Source: Candidatus Bathyarchaeia archaeon (GTDB taxonomy: Archaea; Thermoproteota; Bathyarchaeia; Bathyarchaeales; Bathycorpusculaceae). Taken from it: a stretch of 64,000 nt of DNA. Below, one piece after another: positions 40,288-49,641 of the stretch; the first letter of the stretch is position 1, and every line of letters starts with the position of its first letter. Where the stretch lies: assembly GCA_049516875.1 (NCBI GenBank), contig JBEKSS010000002.1, positions 128,001-192,000 on the forward strand, given 5' to 3'. The notes below the pieces were generated by a model, which was given only the letters and a program-made list of their open reading frames with translations, did no database searches and was not told the DNA's origin. The position numbers were made by a program, and so were the translations under genes.

Positions 40288-40830
40288 CTACATGTAAATG
40301 TAGAGTATGTTTCTTTTGAGCAATGTGAAGATCACGGCTACGCTGATGATGAATTCAGGGACAAGATAGGTTGCATTGTATGCTGCTGAATAGGCAAACA
40401 CGTTCCAGCCTGCCCATGCGTATTGTCCAAAGAAAATGACACCTGACACAAAATGACAGAGGAATCGGCCGAGAACTCCAACTCCTACTCCGAATACGGG
40501 ACGGCTCTGGAATGCTCCGGCAAGACCTAAGGCTCCGAAAGCCAGTGGATAGTCGAGGATTACCTGTGTTGGATAGTATATATCGCCAGAAATAACCATG
40601 TGAACCAGTCCGTAAACCACTCCGGCTTCAACTCCCCATCGAGGCCCTCTTCTCAGTGCAAACCATATGAGCGGAACCATGCTTCCGATAGTTATGCTCC
40701 CGCCTTCAGGCAGGTGAAAGAAGGGAAGATAGAATTTGCTTATGATATAAAGCGCGTTTGCAAGTGCAATGAAGACAATGGCTTCAGCCAGAATTTTGGT
40801 ATCAGCTGTTCTCTTCGCAATTTTTTCCAT
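40288..40830 (-). CDS. thiT: ECF-type thiamine transporter ThiT
   Basis: LPEGGSIT, ALRRG, QVILDYPLAF, HFVSGVIFF, YSAAYN; preceded by TPP riboswitch. Confidence 0.92.
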   Translation of the reverse strand: MEKIAKRTADTKILAEAIVFIALANALYIISKFYLPFFHLPEGGSITIGSMVPLIWFALRRGPRWGVEAGVVYGLVHMVISGDIYYPTQVILDYPLAFGALGLAGAFQSRPVFGVGVGVLGRFLCHFVSGVIFFGQYAWAGWNVFAYSAAYNATYLVPEFIISVAVIFTLLKRNILYIYM

Positions 40831-40833
40831 ATT

Positions 40834-40925
40834 CTTTCCCTCCGCCAGCATTATCTGGGTCAGGTTCTATGGGTCGACGGTGCTCAACCGTCCTCTCAGC
40901 CGGGTCACGTGCCCAGCTCCCCTAA
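40834..40925 (-). ncRNA. TPP riboswitch
   Basis: Minus strand GGGGAGCTGG...CTGAGAGG...GACCC ATAGAACCTGA CCCAG ATAATG CTGG CGGAGGGAAAG matches the THI-box consensus, immediately upstream of thiT. Confidence 0.92.
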
Positions 40926-41009
40926 ACCTAGAGGACAATTGTTATTTATCGGTATATTTAACTTTCCTAGACACAGTCCAGAAGTCACGTTAGGATGTTG
41001 TCATAAAGC

Positions 41010-43469
41010 ATGAAGGAACTCCCCAGAGAATTCGACGCGTTGGCTACAGAGAAGAAGTGGCAAAAGGCTTGGGAAGAGAAGGGAATCTATCACTTTGATT
41101 GGAAAGACAAAAAGAGACCGGTTTTCAGTATTGACACGCCTCCACCCTATCCTTCAGGCGATTTTCACATGGGCAACCTTCTTAACTGGACTTATTTTGA
41201 CATGGTTGCACGGTTCAAGCGAATGAACGGTTTCAACGTTCATTTTCCTCAAGGCTGGGACTGCCACGGGCTGGGCATCGAAGTGCAGGTGGAAAGAGAG
41301 AACAGAATCAGGAAGCGCGAGATGCCGCCTGACAAGTTTCGGAAGCTGTGCGAGAAACTCGTTGAAACATACGTCACGATAATGAAAGAAGGCATTATGA
41401 GGCTCGGATGCAGCAGCGATTGGACAACAGAATATCGCACTATGGACCCTGACTACTGGAGAAGAACTCAGCTAAGCTTCATACTGTTGTACAAGAAGGG
41501 CTTCATGTATCAGGGCACTCACCCGGTGAATTGGTGTCCCCGCTGCGAGACGGCCATCGCTGACGCTGAAGTGAATTATGAGCAACACGACGGCACTTTG
41601 CACTACCTAAGATTCCCTGTTGAGAACAGTAACGAATACGTGCGAATAGCGACAACACGGCCCGAGCTAATACCGGCATGCGTAGCTGTTGCAGTGCATC
41701 CTGGAGACGCGCGTTTCGCCAAATATAAGAATATGAGGTTGAGAGTTCCTGAAACAAGCCGCACTGTACAAGTGATTCTTGACGAAGCGGTTGATCCCTC
41801 TTTTGGCACGGGCGCCGTGATGATATGCACTTATGGCGACAAGGCGGATGTGAAAACTGTCATTCGTCACAAACTTCCAGTCATAATCATTCTGACCGAA
41901 GGTGGCAGGATAAACCAGAATGGCGGAAAATACGCGGGTCTAACATCACTCGAGGCAAGGAAGGCGATAGTTGCAGACTTGACTAGAGAAGGACTGTTAG
42001 AGAAGACTGAGAAGATTACACGGGAGATTGGTTTGTGCGACAGGTGTGACACGCCCGTAGAAATCCTTGAGCTTCGGCAGTGGTTCATGAAAACACGCGA
42101 GTTGGCAGACAAAGTCGAAGAAGCTACGAACCGGGTTTTGTGGTACCCTGACTACATGAAAGTGCGCCTGATTGATTGGGCTCGCTCCTTAGACTGGGAC
42201 TGGGTGATAAGTCGACAGAGAGTCTTCGCTACACCCATACCCGTCTGGTACTGCAAGAAATGCAAAGAAACAATTCTGGCAGAAGAAGACTGGGTTCCGA
42301 TTGATCCTAAGACGGAAAGACCAAGAATCAAACAGTGTCCAAGATGTGGCTCTTCAGAGTTTGTTCCCGAAATGGATGTTTTCGACACGTGGATGGATTC
42401 TTCAATATCCTGTGCGGTTCACGCTGGTTGGCCGGACAGCAAGGACTGGAAAAGGCTTTTTCCAGCAGATGTTCATCCTTCAGGCATTGACATCATAAGG
42501 ACTTGGGCGTACTATTTGATGGTCAGGCACTTGGCACTGTTTGACGAGGCTCCGTACAAGAGCTGTTTGATCAACGGCATGGTGTTGGGTGCTGACGGCA
42601 GGAAAATGAGTAAGTCACTCAAAAACTATGTTGCCACTCCCGAAGTCTTGGACAAGTACGGGGCTGATGCAGCGAGACAGTGGGCTGCTGGCGGAGGCAC
42701 TACGGGTTCGGACATTCCGTTCCGTTGGCCAGACGTTGAATACGGATGGCGCTTCCTGATCAAGCTGTGGAACGCTTCAAGATTCGTAAGCATTTTATTG
42801 AAAGACTATGAACCGAGAAAAGACGCAGAACATGCCCTTCAGCCGTTGGACAAATGGGTGTTGAGCAAATGTGAGAAACTCACACAGAGGGTAACTGAAG
42901 CTTTCGAAAAATGTCAATTCAACATCGCCGTGGAGGAAATCCGCAACTTTACTTGGCGCGTCTTCTGTGACTGTTACTTGGAGGCCGTGAAAGACAGACT
43001 GTACAATCCAGAGGTCTACGGACAAGAAAAAAGAAAGGCGGCCCAGTACACGCTTTACTTGGTTCTGGAAAGAGTCTTGAAACTCCTTGCTCCAATAATG
43101 CCACACGTTACCGAAGAGATATTTCAAACCATGTACGTCGACGAGGTGAGCCCCAAGAGCATACACGTATCGTCTTGGCCGACGGCCGACGAGAAACGTA
43201 TGGATGAAAAGGTTGAGAAGGAGGGAGACTTGGTTATGGCAATCATAACCGAAGTCCGCAGAGAAAAAGCCGAAAAACACTTGCCGCTCAACGCAAAGAT
43301 TGCCAAACTGACGATATACGCCATTGATAAAGCCACTGCAGAGACGATAACAAAGGGCAAAGGGGACATAGCTGGCACATGCAAAGTCGCTGACATCCAA
43401 GCCTCCACGGAGGAAGGCAAGGGGCGGGAAGTCAAACCATACGGCGTCCACTTTATTGCTGAATACTGA
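41010..43469 (+). CDS. valS: valine--tRNA ligase
   Basis: DTPPPYPSG.FHMGN, GWDCHGL, WDWVISRQR, DTWMDSS, KMSKS. Confidence 0.95.
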   Translation: MKELPREFDALATEKKWQKAWEEKGIYHFDWKDKKRPVFSIDTPPPYPSGDFHMGNLLNWTYFDMVARFKRMNGFNVHFPQGWDCHGLGIEVQVERENRIRKREMPPDKFRKLCEKLVETYVTIMKEGIMRLGCSSDWTTEYRTMDPDYWRRTQLSFILLYKKGFMYQGTHPVNWCPRCETAIADAEVNYEQHDGTLHYLRFPVENSNEYVRIATTRPELIPACVAVAVHPGDARFAKYKNMRLRVPETSRTVQVILDEAVDPSFGTGAVMICTYGDKADVKTVIRHKLPVIIILTEGGRINQNGGKYAGLTSLEARKAIVADLTREGLLEKTEKITREIGLCDRCDTPVEILELRQWFMKTRELADKVEEATNRVLWYPDYMKVRLIDWARSLDWDWVISRQRVFATPIPVWYCKKCKETILAEEDWVPIDPKTERPRIKQCPRCGSSEFVPEMDVFDTWMDSSISCAVHAGWPDSKDWKRLFPADVHPSGIDIIRTWAYYLMVRHLALFDEAPYKSCLINGMVLGADGRKMSKSLKNYVATPEVLDKYGADAARQWAAGGGTTGSDIPFRWPDVEYGWRFLIKLWNASRFVSILLKDYEPRKDAEHALQPLDKWVLSKCEKLTQRVTEAFEKCQFNIAVEEIRNFTWRVFCDCYLEAVKDRLYNPEVYGQEKRKAAQYTLYLVLERVLKLLAPIMPHVTEEIFQTMYVDEVSPKSIHVSSWPTADEKRMDEKVEKEGDLVMAIITEVRREKAEKHLPLNAKIAKLTIYAIDKATAETITKGKGDIAGTCKVADIQASTEEGKGREVKPYGVHFIAEY

Positions 43470-43494
43470 CCCAAACTTCTGGAAGCGGTAGAAA

Positions 43495-44235
43495 GTGAAA
43501 AAAGTCGGAATAATAGGCTGCGGTGCAATCGGCTCACTGATTGCTGAGGCGGTTGAAGAACGGATTGTTGAATGTGACGAGTTGATTCTATTCGACTGCA
43601 ACGCAGAGAGGGCAGAACGCCTTCAAGAGTCGTTGCGTACCGCCAGTATAGTTGTCGCGAACGTCGACGAAATGCTGGAACTGCGTCCCGCAGTCATCGT
43701 AGAGGCGGCGTCACAACAAGCTGCTCGCGAATACATCGGCGCAATCGTGGAAAGGAACATCGAAGTAATAGTAATGAGTGTTGGTGCCCTTCTAGGTTCA
43801 AAACTGAAAAGCAGCAAGATTCACACGCCCTCAGGCGCCATCGGGGGCTTAGATGCAATTTCAAGCGCTGCGCTGGCCGGGATTGATGAAGTCGTTTTGA
43901 CTACCAGAAAGAACCCTAAGACTCTGGACCTGGACAATGAACAGGAGAAACTGGTGTACGAGGGAACGGCGTACGAGGCGGTTAGGCGTTTTCCAAGAGA
44001 AATGAACGTTGCTGCCACTCTGGCGCTGACGGTTCAAAGTGAAAAACTGCTGGTCAGAGTCATTTCAGATCCTAAGGCAAGCCGAAACACACACGAGATA
44101 ACGGTTAAATGGAAACACGGCGACATGTTTCTGAGGTTTGAGAACGACCCGCACCCCGAGAATCCCAAGACAAGTGCTATAGCAGCATGGTCTGCAATAA
44201 GGTTGCTGAAAGACATTCTCGAAAGGCACGTCTAG
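43495..44235 (+). CDS. nadX: L-aspartate dehydrogenase
   Basis: IIGCGAIG, VEAAS, MSVGAL, PSGAIGGLD, FP..MNVAATL, P.NPKTS. Confidence 0.88.
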   Translation: MKKVGIIGCGAIGSLIAEAVEERIVECDELILFDCNAERAERLQESLRTASIVVANVDEMLELRPAVIVEAASQQAAREYIGAIVERNIEVIVMSVGALLGSKLKSSKIHTPSGAIGGLDAISSAALAGIDEVVLTTRKNPKTLDLDNEQEKLVYEGTAYEAVRRFPREMNVAATLALTVQSEKLLVRVISDPKASRNTHEITVKWKHGDMFLRFENDPHPENPKTSAIAAWSAIRLLKDILERHV

Positions 44236-45023
44236 GGTTTCAGGCCTGTTCCTACATCGACCCAGACTTTTTCGCCTATTTTCCTGTAGCCGATTTTTTC
44301 ATAAGCTTTTATGGCAGGGTAATTGTCTGATCTTGCGAACAGAGCGGCTGCCTCTGAGGTTTTCAACGCCTCTTCTGTGATGGTCGACGTGGCCAGCGTT
44401 GCATACCCTCTGTTTCTGTGCTCCGGATGGGTGTAGACTCCTCCGATAAGCCATACTTGTGGCAGTTGAATGAATGAGCCCGCGTAAGAAACCAGTTGGC
44501 CATCTCTGAAAACTCCGTAAACGGGCATCTTGCTTATCCAGTCCGCGTACTTCTTTTGCATGTTGGTCGGGCGGTCTTTTCGGCTCAAGAGGAGGTTGGC
44601 GAGTTTCAAAGAGTCTTCATCGGTGTGCAGTCGCCTAACTAGGTCTGACTTGAAAAACCTTGCTGCGTTCTTCTTGACCAGCATCCAGTCTTCACCGTAA
44701 TGCTTTGCGTCTGGAAACCTTTTCTTTAAGGCTGGAAGAAGGTTCGGCGGTGCGTGCGCGATAAAGTTGCTGGTTGGGGCGTGCTCAACTAGCTTTTCAG
44801 CGACGTTGTCTTCGCACTCAAGAACCACGCTTGGAACGTCCGTGGCCGCGTAGATAAGAATGTACCCTTTGAGACTTCCGTTCACGAAAGCTGCGTACGT
44901 TGTTGTGTGTTGTGGGTCGTTTTGGATATCGTAAACGGCGAAGACGTGCCGGGTGATATCGGACCTGAGGGATGCAAGGACCAATGACTTGTTTTTTTCG
45001 TTGATCTCTTCAATATTAACCAT
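44232..45023 (-). CDS. GNAT acetyltransferase (FR47-like C-terminus)
   Basis: GGVYTHPEHRNRGYA, N.PAIKAYEKIGY. Confidence 0.88.
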   Translation of the reverse strand: MVNIEEINEKNKSLVLASLRSDITRHVFAVYDIQNDPQHTTTYAAFVNGSLKGYILIYAATDVPSVVLECEDNVAEKLVEHAPTSNFIAHAPPNLLPALKKRFPDAKHYGEDWMLVKKNAARFFKSDLVRRLHTDEDSLKLANLLLSRKDRPTNMQKKYADWISKMPVYGVFRDGQLVSYAGSFIQLPQVWLIGGVYTHPEHRNRGYATLATSTITEEALKTSEAAALFARSDNYPAIKAYEKIGYRKIGEKVWVDVGTGLKP

Positions 45024-46155
45024 TGGACTTTGACCATCGTCCAGTTTCTTTCATCAGCGTGTCGATTTCTTCTTCAGTGTTGTAAAAGTGCGGTGAGACC
45101 CGTATTCCGTTTGCTCGGGCGGAGACAACTATTTCCTTCTTTTCTAGTTTTTCAACGAACTTTTGGGGTCTGTGTATTTTGAAGTTGACTATTCCTGAGC
45201 GGTACTGCTTTTCTTTCGGTGTCTGAAGTATGAGTCCCAAGTCTTCGACAGCTTCTATCAGATGGTCTGTTAGTTTCGAAATTCTTTTTCGAACGTTTTC
45301 AATTCCGTAGTGGAGCAGCATTTTCATTGCTTCTGCTGCGCCTACGAAGCTTATTGTGCAGGGTGTGCCTACTTCGAAGCGGCTTGCGGTTTTTGAAAGG
45401 TTCAGGTTCCAGATGTCATAGAAGTCTGCGGTGTCGAACGTTTCTTGTTTGACGCTTGCCCAGCCTACGAATGGTGGTTCAAACTTTTCTATGAGCTCGT
45501 CTTTGACGTAGAGATACGCTGCTCCGTGGGGGCTTAGGAGCCACTTGTAGCAGGCGGCCATTAGGAAGTCAACGTCGTCTCGTTTAGCGTCCAGCTGCAT
45601 TGTGCCGACTGATTGTATTGCGTCAACGATTAGGTAGGCTCCGTGTTCATGGACTATTTCGCTTAGGACTCGCAGGTCGTGGCGGAAGCCGTTCACGTAT
45701 TCAACGTGGCTTATCGCGACCGCGACGGTCTTGTCGTCCACGGCCTTCTCCATGTCGTCCAACAGTATTTTTCCGTCAACGTTCTTCACGTATTGGACTC
45801 TGACGCCTAGACTTTTGCGTAGCCAAGGATAGACAACTGAAGGATATTCCAAGTCTGTTGTGACGATTTTTGAGCCTGGCGGGTAATTGAGGACGTTTGC
45901 GGCTATGTTTATTCCCACGGAGGTGTTTTCGACCAGGGCTATTTCGCCGGCTTTTGCGCCGACCAGTTTTGCGAAGTAGGGTTTGCCGCCGTTTTCACAG
46001 TCGATGGAGGTCTTGCCAGAGTTTGAGAATTCGTTCGCGTATTTTTTTACGGCTTCCGCCACGGGCTTCGGAAGCGGAGACTCTGCAGCATGGTTCAGAA
46101 ACACTTTGTTCTTGGTCACGGGAAACTGTTCGCGTATCTTCTCGGCGTCGTCCAT
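45016..46155 (-). CDS. class V PLP-dependent enzyme
   Basis: FLNHAA, EYPS, VDAIQSVG, CYKWLL, RFEVGT, RVSPHFYNT; lacks the SufS/IscS catalytic Cys loop. Confidence 0.88.
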   Translation of the reverse strand: MDDAEKIREQFPVTKNKVFLNHAAESPLPKPVAEAVKKYANEFSNSGKTSIDCENGGKPYFAKLVGAKAGEIALVENTSVGINIAANVLNYPPGSKIVTTDLEYPSVVYPWLRKSLGVRVQYVKNVDGKILLDDMEKAVDDKTVAVAISHVEYVNGFRHDLRVLSEIVHEHGAYLIVDAIQSVGTMQLDAKRDDVDFLMAACYKWLLSPHGAAYLYVKDELIEKFEPPFVGWASVKQETFDTADFYDIWNLNLSKTASRFEVGTPCTISFVGAAEAMKMLLHYGIENVRKRISKLTDHLIEAVEDLGLILQTPKEKQYRSGIVNFKIHRPQKFVEKLEKKEIVVSARANGIRVSPHFYNTEEEIDTLMKETGRWSKSNG

Positions 46156-46268
46156 GTGTTATCTTCTCTCCAGTGTCATGTTATTAATGCTTCACTAATA
46201 GCGATTGCTGTTGAGGCTTGGATTCGGCTCTTAGCAAGTTTGTCTTGGTTGCTTGTGGTTTTGCTGTT

Positions 46269-47366
46269 CTATTGGACGCCGGATATTGTGGAGCCGCCGA
46301 AGCACGTCCAATTTTTCCTCAATAACCTCTTCAATTCGTCAATTGTTTTTTCGACCGTTCTGCGGCAGTGGGAAGGTTCTTCAGGTGGCGGATAGGGTTC
46401 TTTCACGTTTATTTGGGTGAGGCCGGCTGCGCCCGCCACGAGTGCGTACCAGCAGAGGGGCAGGATTTCAGGATTATACCCGCTTCCAGGCATCAGTACG
46501 AGTTTTCCATCGCAGACTCTGTCAGCTGTATCCCTGACAATCTGCGATAGTTCAAAGAAGCCTTTGACCGTTAACGCTAGGTTTCCGAGAGTGTCTGCGA
46601 AGTGTGGGTCGCTTCCGCCGTTCGCGATTATGATCTGAGGCTTGAACTCTTCGGCCAGGGGGACGAAGGTTTCGTTCAAGGCGTAAATGAAGGTGCTGTC
46701 GCTTGTGCCGGGTGGCAGGGGGACGTTGACGTTGTAGCCTTCTCCTTTGTCCTCTCCGATTTGCCACTCAAACCCGGTTCCGGGATAAATCGTATGTGGG
46801 TCTTGGTGCAGAGAGATGTAGAGCACGGTGGGGTCTCGGTAGTAGATATCGCTTGTGCCGTTTCCAAAGTGGACGTCATGGTCCAATATTAGGAAGCGCT
46901 CAACGTCGTGTTTTGCTCTCAGGTACTCGACCAAGACGGCGACGTCGTTGAACAGGCAGAATCCGCCGCCGTAGTTTCTTCCTGCGTGGTGGTGGCCGCC
47001 TCCGAGGGAGACTGCAAGCTTTGCTCTGTTTTCAATGACAGTCTTGCCACATTCGATTGCGCTGCCAGAGATGAGCAATGCTCCTTCAAGAATCTCTGGA
47101 GAAACGGGCGTTTCAATATCGTATGGCATGCCCTTTTTGGCCAAGCTGAAGATTAGGTTAACGTAATCTTCGTCGTGAACCCTCAGCAAGTCTTCTTTCG
47201 CGGCTGGTTCCGGTTGAATGAGAGCAACCTCAGGTGTGCGGAAGAAGCCTTGTTCTTCGAAGAATTTCATGGCGTTCACGAAGCGGTCGCCTCTGAAGGG
47301 ATGGCCTTCGCCTAAATCGTACTGTTTAAACTTTTCGTTGAAACTGATTACTGTCTGCTGAACCAA
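46269..47366 (-). CDS. Zn-dependent deacetylase (HDAC/AcuC family)
   Basis: GGGHHHA, GGFCLFND, DHDVHFGNGT, SLHQ, NVPLP, GSGY. Confidence 0.92.
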   Translation of the reverse strand: MVQQTVISFNEKFKQYDLGEGHPFRGDRFVNAMKFFEEQGFFRTPEVALIQPEPAAKEDLLRVHDEDYVNLIFSLAKKGMPYDIETPVSPEILEGALLISGSAIECGKTVIENRAKLAVSLGGGHHHAGRNYGGGFCLFNDVAVLVEYLRAKHDVERFLILDHDVHFGNGTSDIYYRDPTVLYISLHQDPHTIYPGTGFEWQIGEDKGEGYNVNVPLPPGTSDSTFIYALNETFVPLAEEFKPQIIIANGGSDPHFADTLGNLALTVKGFFELSQIVRDTADRVCDGKLVLMPGSGYNPEILPLCWYALVAGAAGLTQINVKEPYPPPEEPSHCRRTVEKTIDELKRLLRKNWTCFGGSTISGVQ

Positions 47367-47464
47367 TCAAACGCGCTCTCAGAAGCAAGGTGAGTTTGGC
47401 GAAATATAAAATCATGCAAGAGGCTTGAATCTGAAAAAGGGAAAAGGGGGGTGTTGTTAGATTG

Positions 47465-48064
47465 TTATGTTTGCTGTTTTTCTTCGGCTTTGGCCTCTGT
47501 TTCAGAATGTCGCGCTTCTTCGTTGCACTGGATTGTTTCGACCACAGCTTCCTCGGGTCTGGCTTGTTCTTTTTCCCCGGCTTGGGGAGGTTCCTCCGAG
47601 AACTTGACTTCCGGCTCTGGGGTCTGGGTTTGCGGCGGTTCAAATTCTTGTTGTGTCATGATGTCGTCGTTTGAAAGCTGATTCACCGCGTCTTGGACGG
47701 CGTTCAGCTCTTTCTTTGCTGTTTCAAGTCCGGTGTAGAGGAGATCGGTTTCGCGATGATACGTGTCATCGTCCACTTCATCGGTCACGTGTTGAATTTC
47801 AAAATTCGCGAGGAGAATCTCCAACGTCCTAATCTGCTCTTCAAGTTCCATCGCTTTCGAGGCCATTTTTCCTACCAAAGCTTTGCGTTGGCCTTCGATT
47901 TCCGCCACAGCTTCGTTTATCTCTCTGGTGAAAAGGCTGTGCGTTGACTGTGAAATCTTGCCAGTGTCCAGTAAATTGCCCAAAGCTTGCTTCTTTTTCT
48001 TCGCCAACTCATATTCTTCGTTCAATCTGCTAAAGGAATGCTTCCACGATATCAATTTTTGCAC
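47465..48064 (-). CDS. orphan CdvA-like coiled-coil protein
   Basis: KKKQALGNLLDTGKISQSTH and LLANFEIQHVTDEVDDDTY align with the CdvA coiled coil at 21544; no PRC barrel; acidic E/P-rich tail. Confidence 0.78.
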   Translation of the reverse strand: MQKLISWKHSFSRLNEEYELAKKKKQALGNLLDTGKISQSTHSLFTREINEAVAEIEGQRKALVGKMASKAMELEEQIRTLEILLANFEIQHVTDEVDDDTYHRETDLLYTGLETAKKELNAVQDAVNQLSNDDIMTQQEFEPPQTQTPEPEVKFSEEPPQAGEKEQARPEEAVVETIQCNEEARHSETEAKAEEKQQT

Positions 48065-48099
48065 CGTGCAACTGTTTCCATGTTAGAAACAGATAATCT

Positions 48100-48119
48100 T
48101 TGTTAACATGCCGGTATAT
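48100..48119 (-). promoter_or_regulatory. candidate regulatory motif ATATACCGGCATGTTAACAA upstream of cdvA-like gene
   Basis: 14/15 match to 20776-20790 and exact 11-mer match to 20796-20806. Confidence 0.4.
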
Positions 48120-48440
48120 CGCCGACTGTTATATTGGCCAGTTTCTGCCTCTGCTAGGGAAGACTGAGCTTTAAAAATTAGCACACCCAGTTACGTTTCA
48201 ATGCGTTGAAAAGTGCAAAAACTTCAAGCGACAGTTGGAACCTCAAATGGGTTCGCGCGCGGTTGCAAAGGGATCTTCTTGACCTAAGCGCGTGTTTGGC
48301 TTGAAAAATGATGCCCGAAATCTGTTTGTTGGCCCTTTAGGGTTCAATTTTTCCTTTAGGCTAGTCTTGCCGGTCAATCGAATCGAAACACTAAAAAACA
48401 CCTTTTTCTCATCTTTAAAGCCGAAACATAAGGCCCAGAG

Positions 48441-48536
48441 GGGCCCGTAGCTCAGTAAGGACAGAGCACCGGGCTTTTAAGCGAAGAGCTTCGCGTGGAG
48501 ACCCGGGGGTCCCGGGTTCAATTCCCGGCGGGCCCG
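48441..48536 (+). tRNA. tRNA-Lys(UUU) with 21-nt canonical intron (48480-48500, 37/38); CCA not encoded
   Basis: GGGCCCG/CGGGCCC acceptor, CCGGG-CTTTTA[intron]A-CCCGG, CCGGG-TTCAATT-CCCGG; intron hairpin GCGAAG/CTTCGC. Confidence 0.93.
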
Positions 48537-48756
48537 TTTCCACTTTCTTTTGAAAAGAACTTGGGCTAAGAAATTCTGAGCTTGTTTCTGTGTTTTGGGT
48601 TTCTAGGTAGTCCAGAATGCTTGATAAGGCTTGTTCCGTGATTTTCGAGATGTTTAGGCTGTGGTTTCTGGCTTTTTCCAGCAGGTTTTGAGGTAGGGTT
48701 ATGCTTACGGTTTTCTTATAGTGGTCCTTTCGTACACGTGTACTAGCTTGTTTTTT
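48537..48756 (-). pseudogene. start-less CcdA/RHH-like fragment reading into the tRNA 3' end; probable relic of an integrated element
   Basis: KKTVSITLPQNLLEKARNHSLNISKITEQAL continues in frame through the antisense tRNA (GPPGIEPG); no start codon after in-frame TAA. Confidence 0.55.
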
Positions 48757-48921
48757 TTACACGCGCGCTAATTCGCCTTGCACAATGGTCAAGTTTTTAT
48801 CCGTTATGTTGACTTTTGAAGGGTTACGAGCGAACGCGACAACCTCATTTCCTTATGCGAGCGCTTGTTCAACAAGTTGTTTGCCAGTTCCACCTGTAGC
48901 TCCAAAGATCGTGGTTCTCAA
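48757..48921 (-). pseudogene. truncated NAD(P)H-binding (flavin reductase/NmrA-like) pseudogene
   Basis: MRTTIFGATGGTGKQLVEQALA*GNEVVAFARNPSKV...IVQGE with internal TAA (48853-48855), truncated after about 54 codons. Confidence 0.8.
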
Positions 48922-48975
48922 TTAGCCGACATCCCTCGTGTTACCTATACCAACGACTATGGTGATATCTTTTCC

Positions 48976-49548
48976 TTAGTTCTTTTCTGGGTTTTTCTTG
49001 GCTAATTTTTTATTTGTGGTCTGAAGCTCCTTCTGCAACATCCGGATTGTCCTTTTCAGATAGGCGCGTTTTTGTTCCAAGTTTTTTATGCTATCTTGCT
49101 GTTCTTGATTTTTCTCCTTAAGGAAGGGTGAGAAAAGGCTGGGTATAACTGGCAGTGGTAACGTTTTTGTTTCCATGTTCAAAACGTCTTTCGCAAATTC
49201 TTGAAACAGGGCGTTCATGCTGTTAGCGATTTCGCTTTGTTTGACAATTGCGCGTTTGAGAATGATCCTGCCTGTTTCGGTAATCTTATAGACCTTTATT
49301 TTTCGGTTCTTTTGGCTGGACCATTCTCCTTCAATGTATCCTGATTCTTCTAGGTCTCGAAGAATGGGGTAAACACCGCCGGCTGTTGGTTTCCAGAAGC
49401 CTTTGGTTTTGTCTTTGATTTCTTTCATGATTTCGTAGCCGTGAGCCGGCTTCCTGTTGAGGAGAATGAGTACCCCAACACGGATGTAGCCTTTTTGCGC
49501 TTCCTTCAGCCAGTTCGCAGTTGTCTCTTCTTCACATTCTGTGTGCAT
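48976..49548 (-). CDS. PadR family transcriptional regulator
   Basis: HGYEIMK, GGVYPILRDLEESGYI, RKIKVYKITETG. Confidence 0.92.
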   Translation of the reverse strand: MHTECEEETTANWLKEAQKGYIRVGVLILLNRKPAHGYEIMKEIKDKTKGFWKPTAGGVYPILRDLEESGYIEGEWSSQKNRKIKVYKITETGRIILKRAIVKQSEIANSMNALFQEFAKDVLNMETKTLPLPVIPSLFSPFLKEKNQEQQDSIKNLEQKRAYLKRTIRMLQKELQTTNKKLAKKNPEKN

Positions 49549-49641
49549 CTGCGTTTCGAAGTTACTATTGTTTATAGGAATATTTATATTTTACTTAGAT
49601 GTATTGCAACGGATAATATTTCACATGAAGGTGATTTACAG

